A stretch of DNA of 52,340 bases from Candidatus Latescibacterota bacterium (lineage in GTDB: Bacteria > Latescibacterota > Latescibacteria > Latescibacterales > Latescibacteraceae): the NCBI GenBank assembly GCA_041690195.1, contig JAWLHT010000002.1, positions 1 through 52,340 of the forward strand. Direction: 5' to 3'. Position 1 is the first letter of the stretch. Each line of letters opens with the position of its first letter. Positions 1 to 11,510 of the stretch are shown in pieces. The notes below the pieces were generated by a model. The model was not told where the DNA came from. It was given only the letters and a program-made list of their open reading frames with translations, and made no database searches. A program made the translations under genes and the position numbers.

Positions 1-137
1 TCCAGAGAGAGGGGGAAACCGAGCCACAGAAAGCACCGAGACGGCTGATAACGGGTCATCCCCTCTATAGGATAGAGAGGGGACCGAGGGGTGAGTTAGA
101 TTTTCAAAAAACACCCGTTCACTACTATCTGCTTATG
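1..137 (+). repeat. Dispersed structured repeat family A, copy 1 (5' end cut by the window edge)
   Basis: Aligns by eye with the copies at 3226-3312 and 42326-42486: GAGAGAGGGGGAA..GAGCCACAG..GATAACG.GTCATCCCCTCT..AGAGGGG..CGAGGGGTGAGTTA, plus the tail ACACCCGTTCAC..GCTTATG. Confidence 0.9.
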
Positions 138-182
138 TTTACGACAATGGGGTCAGGGGGTGAGGTACTCTTTTCGGGCTTT

Positions 183-2713
<2,531 letters not shown>

Positions 2714-2739
2714 GCGGAATCCTCCCGGAAAACGTTTCT

Positions 2740-2830
2740 CGCATAGACGCGGAGAAAGGCATAGAGAGAAAAGAATCGTCTCACGCAAAGGCGCAAAGAC
2801 GCAAAGGAAAAGATAAGGGGATAAGAAAGA
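2740..2830. repeat. Short-period purine-rich repeat (CGCAAAGG/CGCAAAGA units)
   Basis: CACGCAAAGGCGCAAAGACGCAAAG at about 2782-2806; ACGCGGAGAAAG also occurs near 5769. Confidence 0.6.
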
Positions 2831-3016
2831 AAAAATCCATAAAGGAAAACGGTACAAGAACAAAAGGAGCGTGAAAGACCTGAACACCTCTGTGGCAAAC
2901 CGTACCTGCCAGCCCATGCGGTGCGTTATTTTATCTCCCCGACACGGCAGACGCCGCCGGGTGAGGCAGAGGAGGGGAGTGAAAAGAGAGCGTGTTCACC
3001 ACTACTCATCCGCTGA

Positions 3017-3056
3017 ACCCCCCTGTCCTTCGGACGTCCCCCCTTGTCAAGGGGGT
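3017..3056. repeat. Double-hairpin palindromic element
   Basis: ACCCCCCT-GTCC(TTC)GGAC-GT-CCCCCTTG(T)CAAGGGGG. Confidence 0.55.
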
Positions 3057-3225
3057 AACGGAAAAAAACCACTGCCGCCGAGATATTTCCTTTGTTGTCT
3101 CTCCAAACGGGTCCCATCGGCGAATCGGAAACGGGTGCAAGGGAGAATGTGGCATTGACGTAAACATAAGGGAAAATCACTTGCACGCATGAGTACAATA
3201 TATAATCAGTGGAGGTTTTGGCCGG

Positions 3226-3312
3226 TAACTCACCCCCTGGCCCCCTCTCTCCAGAGAGAGGGGGAATTGAGCCACAGGAAGCACTGAGATGGCCGATAAC
3301 GAGTCATCCCCT
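3226..3312 (+). repeat. Dispersed structured repeat family A, copy 2 (3' truncated)
   Basis: TAACTCACCCCC..CCCCCTCTCTCCAGAGAGAGGGGGAATTGAGCCACAGG..GCCGATAACGAGTCATCCCCT, closely matching 42326-42415. Confidence 0.9.
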
Positions 3313-3351
3313 GCTTTTAACTCCGTCACTCTGGCTCTTTGGCTCTTTCTT

Positions 3352-4785
3352 TCATTTCCAGTGCAGCGTTGTCGCGCTTTCATGATAGGACGGGTCCTCG
3401 AAGGGCTTGAGTTGGGCCTCGGCGAACGCGGGGTCTCCCGGTGGGACATCGTCGTACCAGTAGATGGGGACGCCGAACTGTTTCACCAGGATGCTCTGAA
3501 ACATTTTCAGGTGCTCCGGGGTTTTCAGAAGCTCGTGCAACGGCGCTTTGTACCCGGCATAGAAGGCAGCGGCGTACCCTGCCGCCTCTCCCACCGCCCA
3601 GCGGGTCTCCGGGTTGCGGAACGCACCGGCGGCCACCCGGGTCGCCCCGAGATTGGCGTTTCCGGCGAGCACGTTGCTGCAGTTGGCGGGCATAAGCGCC
3701 CCCAGCGGGATCTGGAACGGCCTGGTTTCAACGGTGATCAAGGCGCCATCCGGTCCCTCCAGTTGAATGGGGGCATAGCCAACCCCCACGGCGTCCGGGA
3801 AAAACCGGGCGCGGGGACCCGGCTGGGATTCGGCGGAGATATCCTGTTCGGCAATCCGTGTCAGCGGAATGATGCGGCGGGTCTCTTCCATCACGGGGAA
3901 AACATGGACGCCCGGTTCGCTGGCAGAAGCGTTTTCCCGCACGCCGAGGACAAAGCATTCCGATCCAACATCCCCGGCAAACCCGCTGTCGGCGCAGGCG
4001 TACCTGCGCATCACCGAAAGCGAGTCCGCCTGTGGCGCGGCGTGCGGCTCGCCGGTTTCGGCAGCGCTCTCGCTCCCCGCGACATATCCGATGCCCGCCA
4101 GGGGGAAGAGATCGCCATGCTCGGTGGCGTCGATGAAACCCCAGCCCACCACCTGGTCAACCGCTTGTGCATCGAGATCTATGACCTGAACGGAGGCAAC
4201 CCGGTCATTGTACTTGGTTACCTTCGCCACCTTGCACCGCTTGAGAATGGTAATCTGGCCGTTCTCGATGTTTTTCGCGAGCATGTCATCAATTACCGCG
4301 GTCGCGGCTTCGGTCCCGAAGCAGAAACTTTCCAGTCCCATATTGACCGTAAGCGTCTGCACCTCGGGCGGAGCATCGGGGGGAGTTTTCCCGCTTTTCT
4401 CGTACCACGTCCGGAGCCCCTTGCGGAACTCTCGGTAAAGTTTCGAGTTTCCGGTGCGTTCCGCCAGCGCGTATTCGGCGAAAGCCCGGACTCCCGGCTC
4501 GGAATAACACCCCGCAATGCTGTTTGTCTCCTCGATGAGGTAAACCGAACGTCCCGAGGTACAGATGGCGAGCGCCGCGGCGATTCCGCCCAGGCCTCCG
4601 CCAAGCACCACGAACTCGGCCTCGTGGAAATTCCGGATTTTGGCGCGTTCGCCGGTCAGGACCACCATCCGGTTCTTCTGACGGTCATAGGCGCTGAGTA
4701 CCGGCATCTCCTGCTTCCCGCACCCGGCAAGGATGGGGAGGAGGAGCGCCGCGATTACTGCCGCACAGATTCCCTGTTTCTTCAC
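3352..4785 (-). CDS. FAD-dependent oxidoreductase (FAD_oxidored-like), predicted lipoprotein
   Basis: GTG start, lipobox LAGC, GGGLGG dinucleotide motif, IDATEHGDL, PFQIPLGALMP. Confidence 0.8.
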   Translation of the reverse strand: MKKQGICAAVIAALLLPILAGCGKQEMPVLSAYDRQKNRMVVLTGERAKIRNFHEAEFVVLGGGLGGIAAALAICTSGRSVYLIEETNSIAGCYSEPGVRAFAEYALAERTGNSKLYREFRKGLRTWYEKSGKTPPDAPPEVQTLTVNMGLESFCFGTEAATAVIDDMLAKNIENGQITILKRCKVAKVTKYNDRVASVQVIDLDAQAVDQVVGWGFIDATEHGDLFPLAGIGYVAGSESAAETGEPHAAPQADSLSVMRRYACADSGFAGDVGSECFVLGVRENASASEPGVHVFPVMEETRRIIPLTRIAEQDISAESQPGPRARFFPDAVGVGYAPIQLEGPDGALITVETRPFQIPLGALMPANCSNVLAGNANLGATRVAAGAFRNPETRWAVGEAAGYAAAFYAGYKAPLHELLKTPEHLKMFQSILVKQFGVPIYWYDDVPPGDPAFAEAQLKPFEDPSYHESATTLHWK

Positions 4786-5729
4786 TTCAGATTCTCCCTG
4801 TACCAATCCAATGAGCATCGCAGCCCTTCCCGCACATCGATGCGCGGGTCGTATCCGAACGTGGCCCTGGCCGCGCTGATATCCGCCACGGAGTCCCGTA
4901 CTTCTCCCTGACGCGGGGGGGCGTACTCCGGTTCCAGCCGACTCCCGAGCGCCTCGGCGACAATGCGGTAGAGTTCGTTGATGGTGATGCGGGTCCCGCA
5001 GCCGACGTTGAACGCCCGCCCCGAGGCTTCCGGACGGGCTTCCCGGGCGGCCCGGAGATTGGCCTGCACCACGTTGTCGATATACACGAAATCCCGGGTC
5101 TGGCCGCCGTCGCCGAAAATCACCGGCCGCTCTCCCCGCAGGAGACGGGACACGAACAGCGGAATCACCGCGGCATAGGCCGAAAACGGGTCCTGACGCT
5201 TCCCGAAAACATTGTAGTAGCGGAGGCTGACGATGGAAATATCGTAGACCTCGCTGAAGGCGCTCGCGAACATCTCACCCGCCGCCTTGGAAGAGGCATA
5301 GGGCGAAAGAGGCCGGAGCGGCATGGTTTCCACGTTGGGGAGCTGTTCGGAGTTACCGTAAACCGATGTGGAGGATGCCCAGACCACGCGTTTTACCCCG
5401 GCATCGCGGGCCGCGAGGAATACATTGGCGGTCCCGGTGACATTAACCTCGTGGGTGCGCACCGGATCGGCGATGGAAAACGGCACGCTCACCACCGCCG
5501 CCTCGTGGAATACATAGTCCGCACCCTCGCAGGCCCGGGCGCAGACCGTGGGATCGGTAACCGTCCCCTCGATGCAGGTGAAGCGTTCGTTTTCCAGGAA
5601 TGGAGCTATGTTCTCGCGCTTCCCCGTGGAGAGGTTATCCAGGACAACCACTTCACCGCCCTCCGCGAGCAGCGCCTCCACAATGTTGGAGCCGATGAAT
5701 CCCGCACCGCCGGTTACCAGATAGCGCAT
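4782..5729 (-). CDS. NAD-dependent NDP-sugar epimerase/dehydratase (extended SDR, WbpP/GalE-like)
   Basis: VTGGAGFIGS, YASSK (YxxxK), LRYYNVFG, GDGGQTRDFVYI. Start set at MRYLVTGG. Confidence 0.95.
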   Translation of the reverse strand: MRYLVTGGAGFIGSNIVEALLAEGGEVVVLDNLSTGKRENIAPFLENERFTCIEGTVTDPTVCARACEGADYVFHEAAVVSVPFSIADPVRTHEVNVTGTANVFLAARDAGVKRVVWASSTSVYGNSEQLPNVETMPLRPLSPYASSKAAGEMFASAFSEVYDISIVSLRYYNVFGKRQDPFSAYAAVIPLFVSRLLRGERPVIFGDGGQTRDFVYIDNVVQANLRAAREARPEASGRAFNVGCGTRITINELYRIVAEALGSRLEPEYAPPRQGEVRDSVADISAARATFGYDPRIDVREGLRCSLDWYRENLK

Positions 5730-6201
5730 GGTGGGACCTTTCCGGAATATGGACATTTGTCGCGGAGACGCGGAGAAAGTGTTGTCTCCAGTCAGGACGC
5801 GAAAGGAAATTTCGGGTAAGGAAAAGCGATTCACTGCCCAGACAAAGCGCCAGGCGACGGAAAGCACCATGTATGGACACGAACAAACCCTGATCACAGA
5901 ACGCGGGAATCCCGCGCACACCTTGCTTTCCGTTCCGGCTTCCCGGCGTTCTCTTTCGCCGAACTCCGCCGAAGACCGCGCTTCGTTCTCTGGAAATATA
6001 GGCAAGAGCGGGTATGCATTCAACCGTTTCTTGCCATTGGGAATGATTCGGCCCGAAGAGAAGTGGTAATATCGATTAAGGGAGAGTATATTGTGCGTAC
6101 CTGACAAAATGTGTTGACACAGCGCCTCTGAGCAGCCATTTTTCTTGGGTAACATTAATTCCCGGAATCCGGCCACTCACCTGCACCCGCATGGCTCTAT
6201 T

Positions 6202-7173
6202 ATGGCGCTCAATCCCCAAAGTGAATACCTGCCCATTCACCTCCAAACTCTCCTGGTGGATTCTGTCCGGACTTTCGATATCTATTTACGGCTCAAAGGG
6301 CGGATGGTTCTGTATCACTCCGGCGGTGACCAGTTCACCGTGGAGGTGCGCAGTCAGCTCATGGCCAACGGCATTGACGTTCTGTATATCGGCTCCGGAG
6401 ACCGCGGCGCCTACAACCGCTATGTTGAGGAGAATCTTGACTCGATTCTCTCCAATCCCCTTCTCGCCCCCCGGGAACGCGCCGAAATAGCCCACCGGTC
6501 CATCACCAACATCGCCCGAACCCTTTTCGAGAATCCACGCTCCCAGACCATTCAGCGATACAAGTCGGCCATCGGAGCCACCATGGATTTCGTCATGCGG
6601 GAAGACGAAGCGGTCGGCACGCTCATCCGTCTGACAGAGCATGATTTCACAACCTACATCCACTCGGTGAACGTGGGAATTTTTGCCATCGGACTGGCCA
6701 AAGCCCTGCTCGGGGACGATCCAACCCACAACATGCACGAACTGGCTTCCGGATTTTTTCTCCATGATATCGGGAAGTGCGCCATCCCCCTTGAGGTGCT
6801 CAACAAACCCGGGCCCCTGAATGAGAGCGAGTGGAACATCATGCGCCGTCATCCCTGGGAAGGATACCGTATTCTGAAGGAGATGGACGCCCTCACCGAG
6901 GAAGCCAAGTACATCGTCATGGAGCACCACGAGCGCCATGACGGCAACGGCTATCCCCGTCACCTGAAAGGAGATCAGATCCATCCCTACAGTAAAATCT
7001 GCTGCATAGCGGATGTGTTCGATGCGCTCACTTCGGTACGACCCTATAAGGACTCAAAGACTCCGTTCCTTGCACTCAACATCATGAAAGAGCAGATGCG
7101 AAACGAGTTCGATCCCGATTTCTTCGCCCGGTTCGTACTCATGTTCGCCGAAGGAAAACAGCCGAAGCGGTAA
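6202..7173 (+). CDS. HD-GYP domain cyclic-di-nucleotide phosphodiesterase
   Basis: HSVNV, LHDIGK, HHERHDGNGYP, ADVFDALTSVRPYK. Start codon uncertain. Confidence 0.92.
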   Translation: MALNPQSEYLPIHLQTLLVDSVRTFDIYLRLKGRMVLYHSGGDQFTVEVRSQLMANGIDVLYIGSGDRGAYNRYVEENLDSILSNPLLAPRERAEIAHRSITNIARTLFENPRSQTIQRYKSAIGATMDFVMREDEAVGTLIRLTEHDFTTYIHSVNVGIFAIGLAKALLGDDPTHNMHELASGFFLHDIGKCAIPLEVLNKPGPLNESEWNIMRRHPWEGYRILKEMDALTEEAKYIVMEHHERHDGNGYPRHLKGDQIHPYSKICCIADVFDALTSVRPYKDSKTPFLALNIMKEQMRNEFDPDFFARFVLMFAEGKQPKR

Positions 7174-7240
7174 TCCTTTCCAGGATAGAGCATCTCACAT
7201 TCTACAGTTGGATCGAATCGGGAAGAAAGAGCCCATTCCG

Positions 7241-7264
7241 TCCCTTCCCCCGGCGGGAGAGGGA
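7241..7264. repeat. Half-unit hairpin related to repeat family A
   Basis: TCCCTTCCCCCGGCGGGAGAGGGA downstream of the HD-GYP stop. Confidence 0.45.
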
Positions 7265-7457
7265 GTGCTCCGTTCCAGGACGCACTGGTTTTAACAGCGG
7301 CAACCGATTTTCCCCATATTGATTCAAGAATTGTATCCATCGTTGCGCAGATTTTCCTTTCCTTTTCCTCCGGTATTGTGCTAAATTACAGTGCCCGCCG
7401 GGGATGCTTTCCCGGTTCGCGGGCGGAATGTCCCCTACCACAGCGGTACGAGCCCTC

Positions 7458-8801
7458 ATGTCATGTTCACGAACATCGAATTTCCCCGTATCCGGAAAAG
7501 CGCTCTCTCCGCTTTCCCGCAGGGAAATGCTGCACCGTCTGGCCAGGTACTCCGCACTGCCGCTGACCGCGATGGCATCATCCTGTTCGCTCCGGACCAG
7601 TACTCCGGGAGCTGAATATTCCCGCCGGGTTTGTGCTCTTCTGGACACTATCCGATCAGAGGAAAGCGCTGCGCTCCGCGATACCGCCAATCTCTTCGCC
7701 GGGACCATCATCGCCCGCAATCTCTGTTTCCTCGCCACCTCCAATCTCCAGCGGCCCGGCTACCTGAACGAGGATACTCCGGGTCTGCCCCGGGCCTTCG
7801 TATTCCTTCGTTCCCGGGAAATGGCGGAAACCATTCGTCCGGGCGACGCGGTCCTGGTCACCGCGCCGGGAGAACTGGCCGGAATCGCCCGGGTCCGGGG
7901 CGCAAAGCTGGCCGGACTGACTTCTCCCGCCGTTTCCGACGATTACTCCCCCGAGGAACGCCTGAAGCAAACCGGCGTTCCGGCTTTGGGCGAGACGACG
8001 GACCTTGTTGTACGCACCCGTATTCCGGTGTGGGACGGTCTGGTGGATATACCGGAGTATCCTTTCGGAATCCTGCCCGGCTCCGGAGTTGTCGAGCTGG
8101 CGGTGGTCACCGCGCTTGCCGGGGAAGTATACCGCCGGTCGGAAGGTTCGGTCCGTCGCGAGGGAGCGAGGGCTCGTGACGCCCTGGAGTTTCTCGGCAC
8201 GGTTATGGACCGCGTGAAGACTCTGGATGGTCAGCGGGAAGACCTGGCCAAAGCCGCCGAACTGGTGGGGAAAAAGGTGCTCAACCGGGGAACGCTCTGG
8301 GTGTATGACCGTCGGGGCGCGCTGGCCCGCGAACTGGCCCGGAGTTCAGGAGTCCCCCTCTTCGCCCGTCCCATAAACAAGGAGCAGATCACCGACGGCA
8401 CTTTGCGCGCCATTGACGGGCTGGTGTTCGCTTCCCTGGAGACGAATCTTCCGGAAGACCTGCACCTCATCCGCATGGCCCGGGGAGTAACCAACGCCAT
8501 TGTCACTATCAGCCCCAGAGTCGAAGGCGGCGGCTACCGTATTTACAACGAAGCTCCCGCCGGGCTGGACAACCGCAGCCCGGAAAAGGAAGGGGTGCGG
8601 AAATTCGACAACGACGCCCGAACATTCCTCCACACGGGCGGCATTCTCAACTGCACTCTCTTCTGGATGCTCCTGGGAGAGACCATCGGACACTGCATCA
8701 CGGCGGGCCAGGTGCCCTGCTGCCTTATGGGACCGCACCTGGCCGGGAGCGTGGAATACAACGCACAGGCCCGGGAAACGGCACAAAAGCGGGGATGGTG
8801 A
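7458..8801 (+). CDS. Uncharacterised Tat-type lipoprotein with two degenerate SIS-like domains
   Basis: SRREML twin-arginine motif followed by MASSC; two internally similar halves; C-terminus resembles UPF0309-type SIS proteins. Start uncertain. Confidence 0.65.
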   Translation: MSCSRTSNFPVSGKALSPLSRREMLHRLARYSALPLTAMASSCSLRTSTPGAEYSRRVCALLDTIRSEESAALRDTANLFAGTIIARNLCFLATSNLQRPGYLNEDTPGLPRAFVFLRSREMAETIRPGDAVLVTAPGELAGIARVRGAKLAGLTSPAVSDDYSPEERLKQTGVPALGETTDLVVRTRIPVWDGLVDIPEYPFGILPGSGVVELAVVTALAGEVYRRSEGSVRREGARARDALEFLGTVMDRVKTLDGQREDLAKAAELVGKKVLNRGTLWVYDRRGALARELARSSGVPLFARPINKEQITDGTLRAIDGLVFASLETNLPEDLHLIRMARGVTNAIVTISPRVEGGGYRIYNEAPAGLDNRSPEKEGVRKFDNDARTFLHTGGILNCTLFWMLLGETIGHCITAGQVPCCLMGPHLAGSVEYNAQARETAQKRGW

Positions 8802-8893
8802 GGGATAGCGCAGAGCGGCGTGATGAGTGAAAAGCGGGGGAGTAAGCGGCGGCTGTAAACGAATTTACCTTTCCCAATGTTGCTGAACCCTTG

Positions 8894-8931
8894 TCGCCTT
8901 CGGCGAAATCCTCCGTGTCACGGGGGATGAC
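8894..8931. repeat. REP-like hairpins between convergent genes (possible terminator)
   Basis: TCGCC-TTC-GGCGA followed by ATCCTCCGT-GTC-ACGGGGGAT-GAC. Confidence 0.45.
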
Positions 8932-9029
8932 AGAAGAACACACCTGCGCCCGGCTGATACAAAGTACGTATAATCCGGACGGGAAAACATACCGGACGAT
9001 TGGCGACCGCCCTGTTTACCCCCGCTCGC

Positions 9030-10229
9030 TCACTTGATCCTTCCTCCGTTCCGTTCCTCCTTCAACGGCTCCACAATGAACGCCAGGTGTTCATTCCCCC
9101 GACGGGTCAGGACCACAACGGCGGTCCCGCTCCCGCGCAGTTTCAGCTTGCGGATAACCTCCTCCGGCAGGAGGGGGAATCCCCGCTTTTTTATCGTCAC
9201 CTTTCCAACTTCCAGCGCATTCAGCGCGGCATTCAGCCGTTTCAGGTTGAAGGGCATGGCCTCTATCACCCGGTATGACCCGAAGAACGGATCGTGTACC
9301 GGCTTGTCGGAGAACGTGTAGGCGATTTCAGGGTCGAGAAGCCGCATGCCGGTGCCCGCCGCTTTACGCCCCAAAAGGCCGGAGCGGATGAGCGCCGGGT
9401 CGGGCTCGTGCAGGTACTCGCCGGACGGGCCGGTCTCCGCTTCGTCGGCGGACAGTTCGGTATCCCGGAGCGTGGCTCCCCGGTGCACGAGGGTGACCGA
9501 GACGGCGCACCGGCGGAATTCTCCGCTCCACAGAACGGCTTCCTTCAGCCCGTCCTCAAGGGAAACCCATTCCAGTTCGTGGGGCAGGGAAACATCCTCC
9601 GGACGCACGGAGAGCGGAAGCTTGACCGCGCCGCGCGGGACCATCCGTAGCAGTTCCTCCACCCGGTCGAGCGGCGGCTCCATGGCGAAAACGTCCAGCG
9701 TCCGCTTTCCCCCCGGGCGCCGGGATGGGTCGACAAAGAGGGCATCGTATTCTCCCAGTTCGTCATTCATGTCCAGCACATCGGTCTTGATCAGACGGGC
9801 TTCGATGCCGTGCAGCCGCAGATTTTCCCCGCAGAAGAGAAGCCGCGCCGGATCGAGGTCCACGCAGGTGAGCCCGTCGACGACCTTTCCGAGCGCAACG
9901 GCATCTCCGCCGATACCCGAGCAGGCATCGAGAACACGCCCCAACCCCCGGAACCGTCCGGCCCGGTGCGCCGCGACCCGGCGGTCGGACGCCTGCTCCA
10001 GCGCCTCCCGGGTGAGAAAGAGTTCATCCGCCCGGTCGAGCTTGCCCCGGGCTCGTTCGCGGGCCAGGACCAGTTCGACCGCCGCGGCGAGAAACTCCGT
10101 CGGCACGCCGGGATACTCCCGGCGCAGTAAGCTCCCGGCGGCGAGCGGATCGGCCGCGCGGTCCCGCACCGCCGCAGTGATCTCGCGGCCAAGGGGAGAG
10201 AGAAGAAATTCAGCGGTGGCAAGAGTCAT
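9030..10229 (-). CDS. Class I SAM-dependent methyltransferase with C-terminal THUMP-like domain
   Basis: ALEQAS, DACSGIGGD SAM motif, FVDPSRR, EPDPALIRSGL, IKKRG. Confidence 0.85.
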   Translation of the reverse strand: MTLATAEFLLSPLGREITAAVRDRAADPLAAGSLLRREYPGVPTEFLAAAVELVLARERARGKLDRADELFLTREALEQASDRRVAAHRAGRFRGLGRVLDACSGIGGDAVALGKVVDGLTCVDLDPARLLFCGENLRLHGIEARLIKTDVLDMNDELGEYDALFVDPSRRPGGKRTLDVFAMEPPLDRVEELLRMVPRGAVKLPLSVRPEDVSLPHELEWVSLEDGLKEAVLWSGEFRRCAVSVTLVHRGATLRDTELSADEAETGPSGEYLHEPDPALIRSGLLGRKAAGTGMRLLDPEIAYTFSDKPVHDPFFGSYRVIEAMPFNLKRLNAALNALEVGKVTIKKRGFPLLPEEVIRKLKLRGSGTAVVVLTRRGNEHLAFIVEPLKEERNGGRIK

Positions 10230-10260
10230 GGCAAGCCTCGGTGGAAGTCAGGAGCTGCCT

Positions 10261-10380
10261 GTCTGAATGGGGATGCGCGTGATAAAAGCAGGATGAAAAG
10301 AGGATGAAAGATTCTCGTTCCCGCCACTTTTGTCTTTCATCTTCTTTTATCCCATACATTCCCCGCATCCCAATTCAGAC
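10261..10380. repeat. 120-bp imperfect inverted repeat element
   Basis: Arms GTCTGAATGGGGATGCG / CGCATCCCAATTCAGAC (1 mismatch); inner pair GGATGAAAAGAGGATGAAAGA / TCTTTCATCTTCTTTTATCC. Confidence 0.8.
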
Positions 10381-10451
10381 AATCATTTTACGGCGGCAAA
10401 AGATTCAGCGCGGACGAGCGTACCAGAAGAACTCGTTTCCGCTCCGCTGAA

Positions 10452-10482
10452 CGAAAAGAGCCCCGGTCCGGGGCTCTTTTCG
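10452..10482 (-). terminator. Rho-independent terminator after asd (bidirectional shape)
   Basis: CGAAAAGAGCCCCGG-T-CCGGGGCTCTTTTCG, about 20 nt after the asd stop. Confidence 0.85.
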
Positions 10483-10502
10483 CCATTGTCCGGTTATCCC
10501 GG

Positions 10503-11510
10503 TTACTTCAGGAACAGTTCCGCGATCTGGACCGCGTTGAGTGCGGCGCCCTTGCGGAGGTTGTCCGAAACGACCCACATGTCCAGCGCACTGTCGTGGG
10601 AAACGTCCTCGCGGATACGTCCGACGAAAGTGGCGTCCTTCCCCGCGGCATACGTCGCCAGCGGATAGACCTGGTTGGCCGGATCGTCCATGACCTCGAC
10701 TCCCGGAGCCTTGGAGAGAATGGCGATGGCCTCGTCGCGGGTGAGCTTGCGGGCGGTTTCGACGTTCACCGCCTCGGAGTGGCCCACGAACACTGGTACG
10801 CGCACCGTGGTGGCGGAGACCCGGATCGAATTGTCCTTCATGATCTTCTTGGTCTCGTTCACCATCTTCATTTCTTCGTCGGAGTAGTAATTGTCTCCGA
10901 AGGCGTTTTTCTGCGGGATCTGCGGAATGCAGTTGAACGCGATCTGGTGCGGGAACACCTTGCGGCTGTAGGTTTCTCCGGCCATGACCGCCTGGGACTC
11001 GTTGTGCAACTCGTCGATGGCGGCGATGCCCGCGCCCGCCACGGCTTGGTAGGTGGAGACCACGACCCGCCTGATGGTGGCGGCATCGTGGAGCGGCTTG
11101 AGCACCACCACCATCTGGATGGTGGAGCAGTTCGGGTTGGCGATGATGCCCTCGTGCTTGAACGCCTCTTCCGGATTCACCTCCGGCACGACCAGCGGGA
11201 CGTTGTCGTACATGCGGAAGGCGCTGGTGTTGTCGATAACCAGCGCACCGGCTTTCGCCGCGGAGGGCGCATACCACTTGGACACCGAGCCGCCGGGGGA
11301 GCTGAGTACGATCTCGCCCTTTTCGAAGGAGTCCTGGGTCAGTTCCTCGACCGCGATCTCCGCGCCCTTGTAGGTCAGTTTCTTGCCCACACTCCGTGCC
11401 GAGGCCAGGAGGCGAAGTCTATCCACCGGGAAATTCCGTTCTTCCAGAATACTGATCATTGTGCGGCCCACATTGCCCGTGGCGCCCGCGATACATACGT
11501 TGAAACCCAT
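10503..11510 (-). CDS. asd: Aspartate-semialdehyde dehydrogenase
   Basis: GATGNVG, IANPNCST, VSTYQAVAGAG, RVPVFVGHS, DNLRKGAALNAVQIAE. Confidence 0.98.
   Translation of the reverse strand: MGFNVCIAGATGNVGRTMISILEERNFPVDRLRLLASARSVGKKLTYKGAEIAVEELTQDSFEKGEIVLSSPGGSVSKWYAPSAAKAGALVIDNTSAFRMYDNVPLVVPEVNPEEAFKHEGIIANPNCSTIQMVVVLKPLHDAATIRRVVVSTYQAVAGAGIAAIDELHNESQAVMAGETYSRKVFPHQIAFNCIPQIPQKNAFGDNYYSDEEMKMVNETKKIMKDNSIRVSATTVRVPVFVGHSEAVNVETARKLTRDEAIAILSKAPGVEVMDDPANQVYPLATYAAGKDATFVGRIREDVSHDSALDMWVVSDNLRKGAALNAVQIAELFLK

Noticed and set aside
3177-3449. Similar short ORFs here and at 42277-42462 (DDSLSA.SV.PVAQFP..)
   Set aside because: They are translations of repeat family A, and small indels between copies argue against coding constraint.
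5730-6176. Long N-terminal extension of the epimerase
   Set aside because: Intergenic sequence containing repeat fragments; the Rossmann motif begins at 5729.
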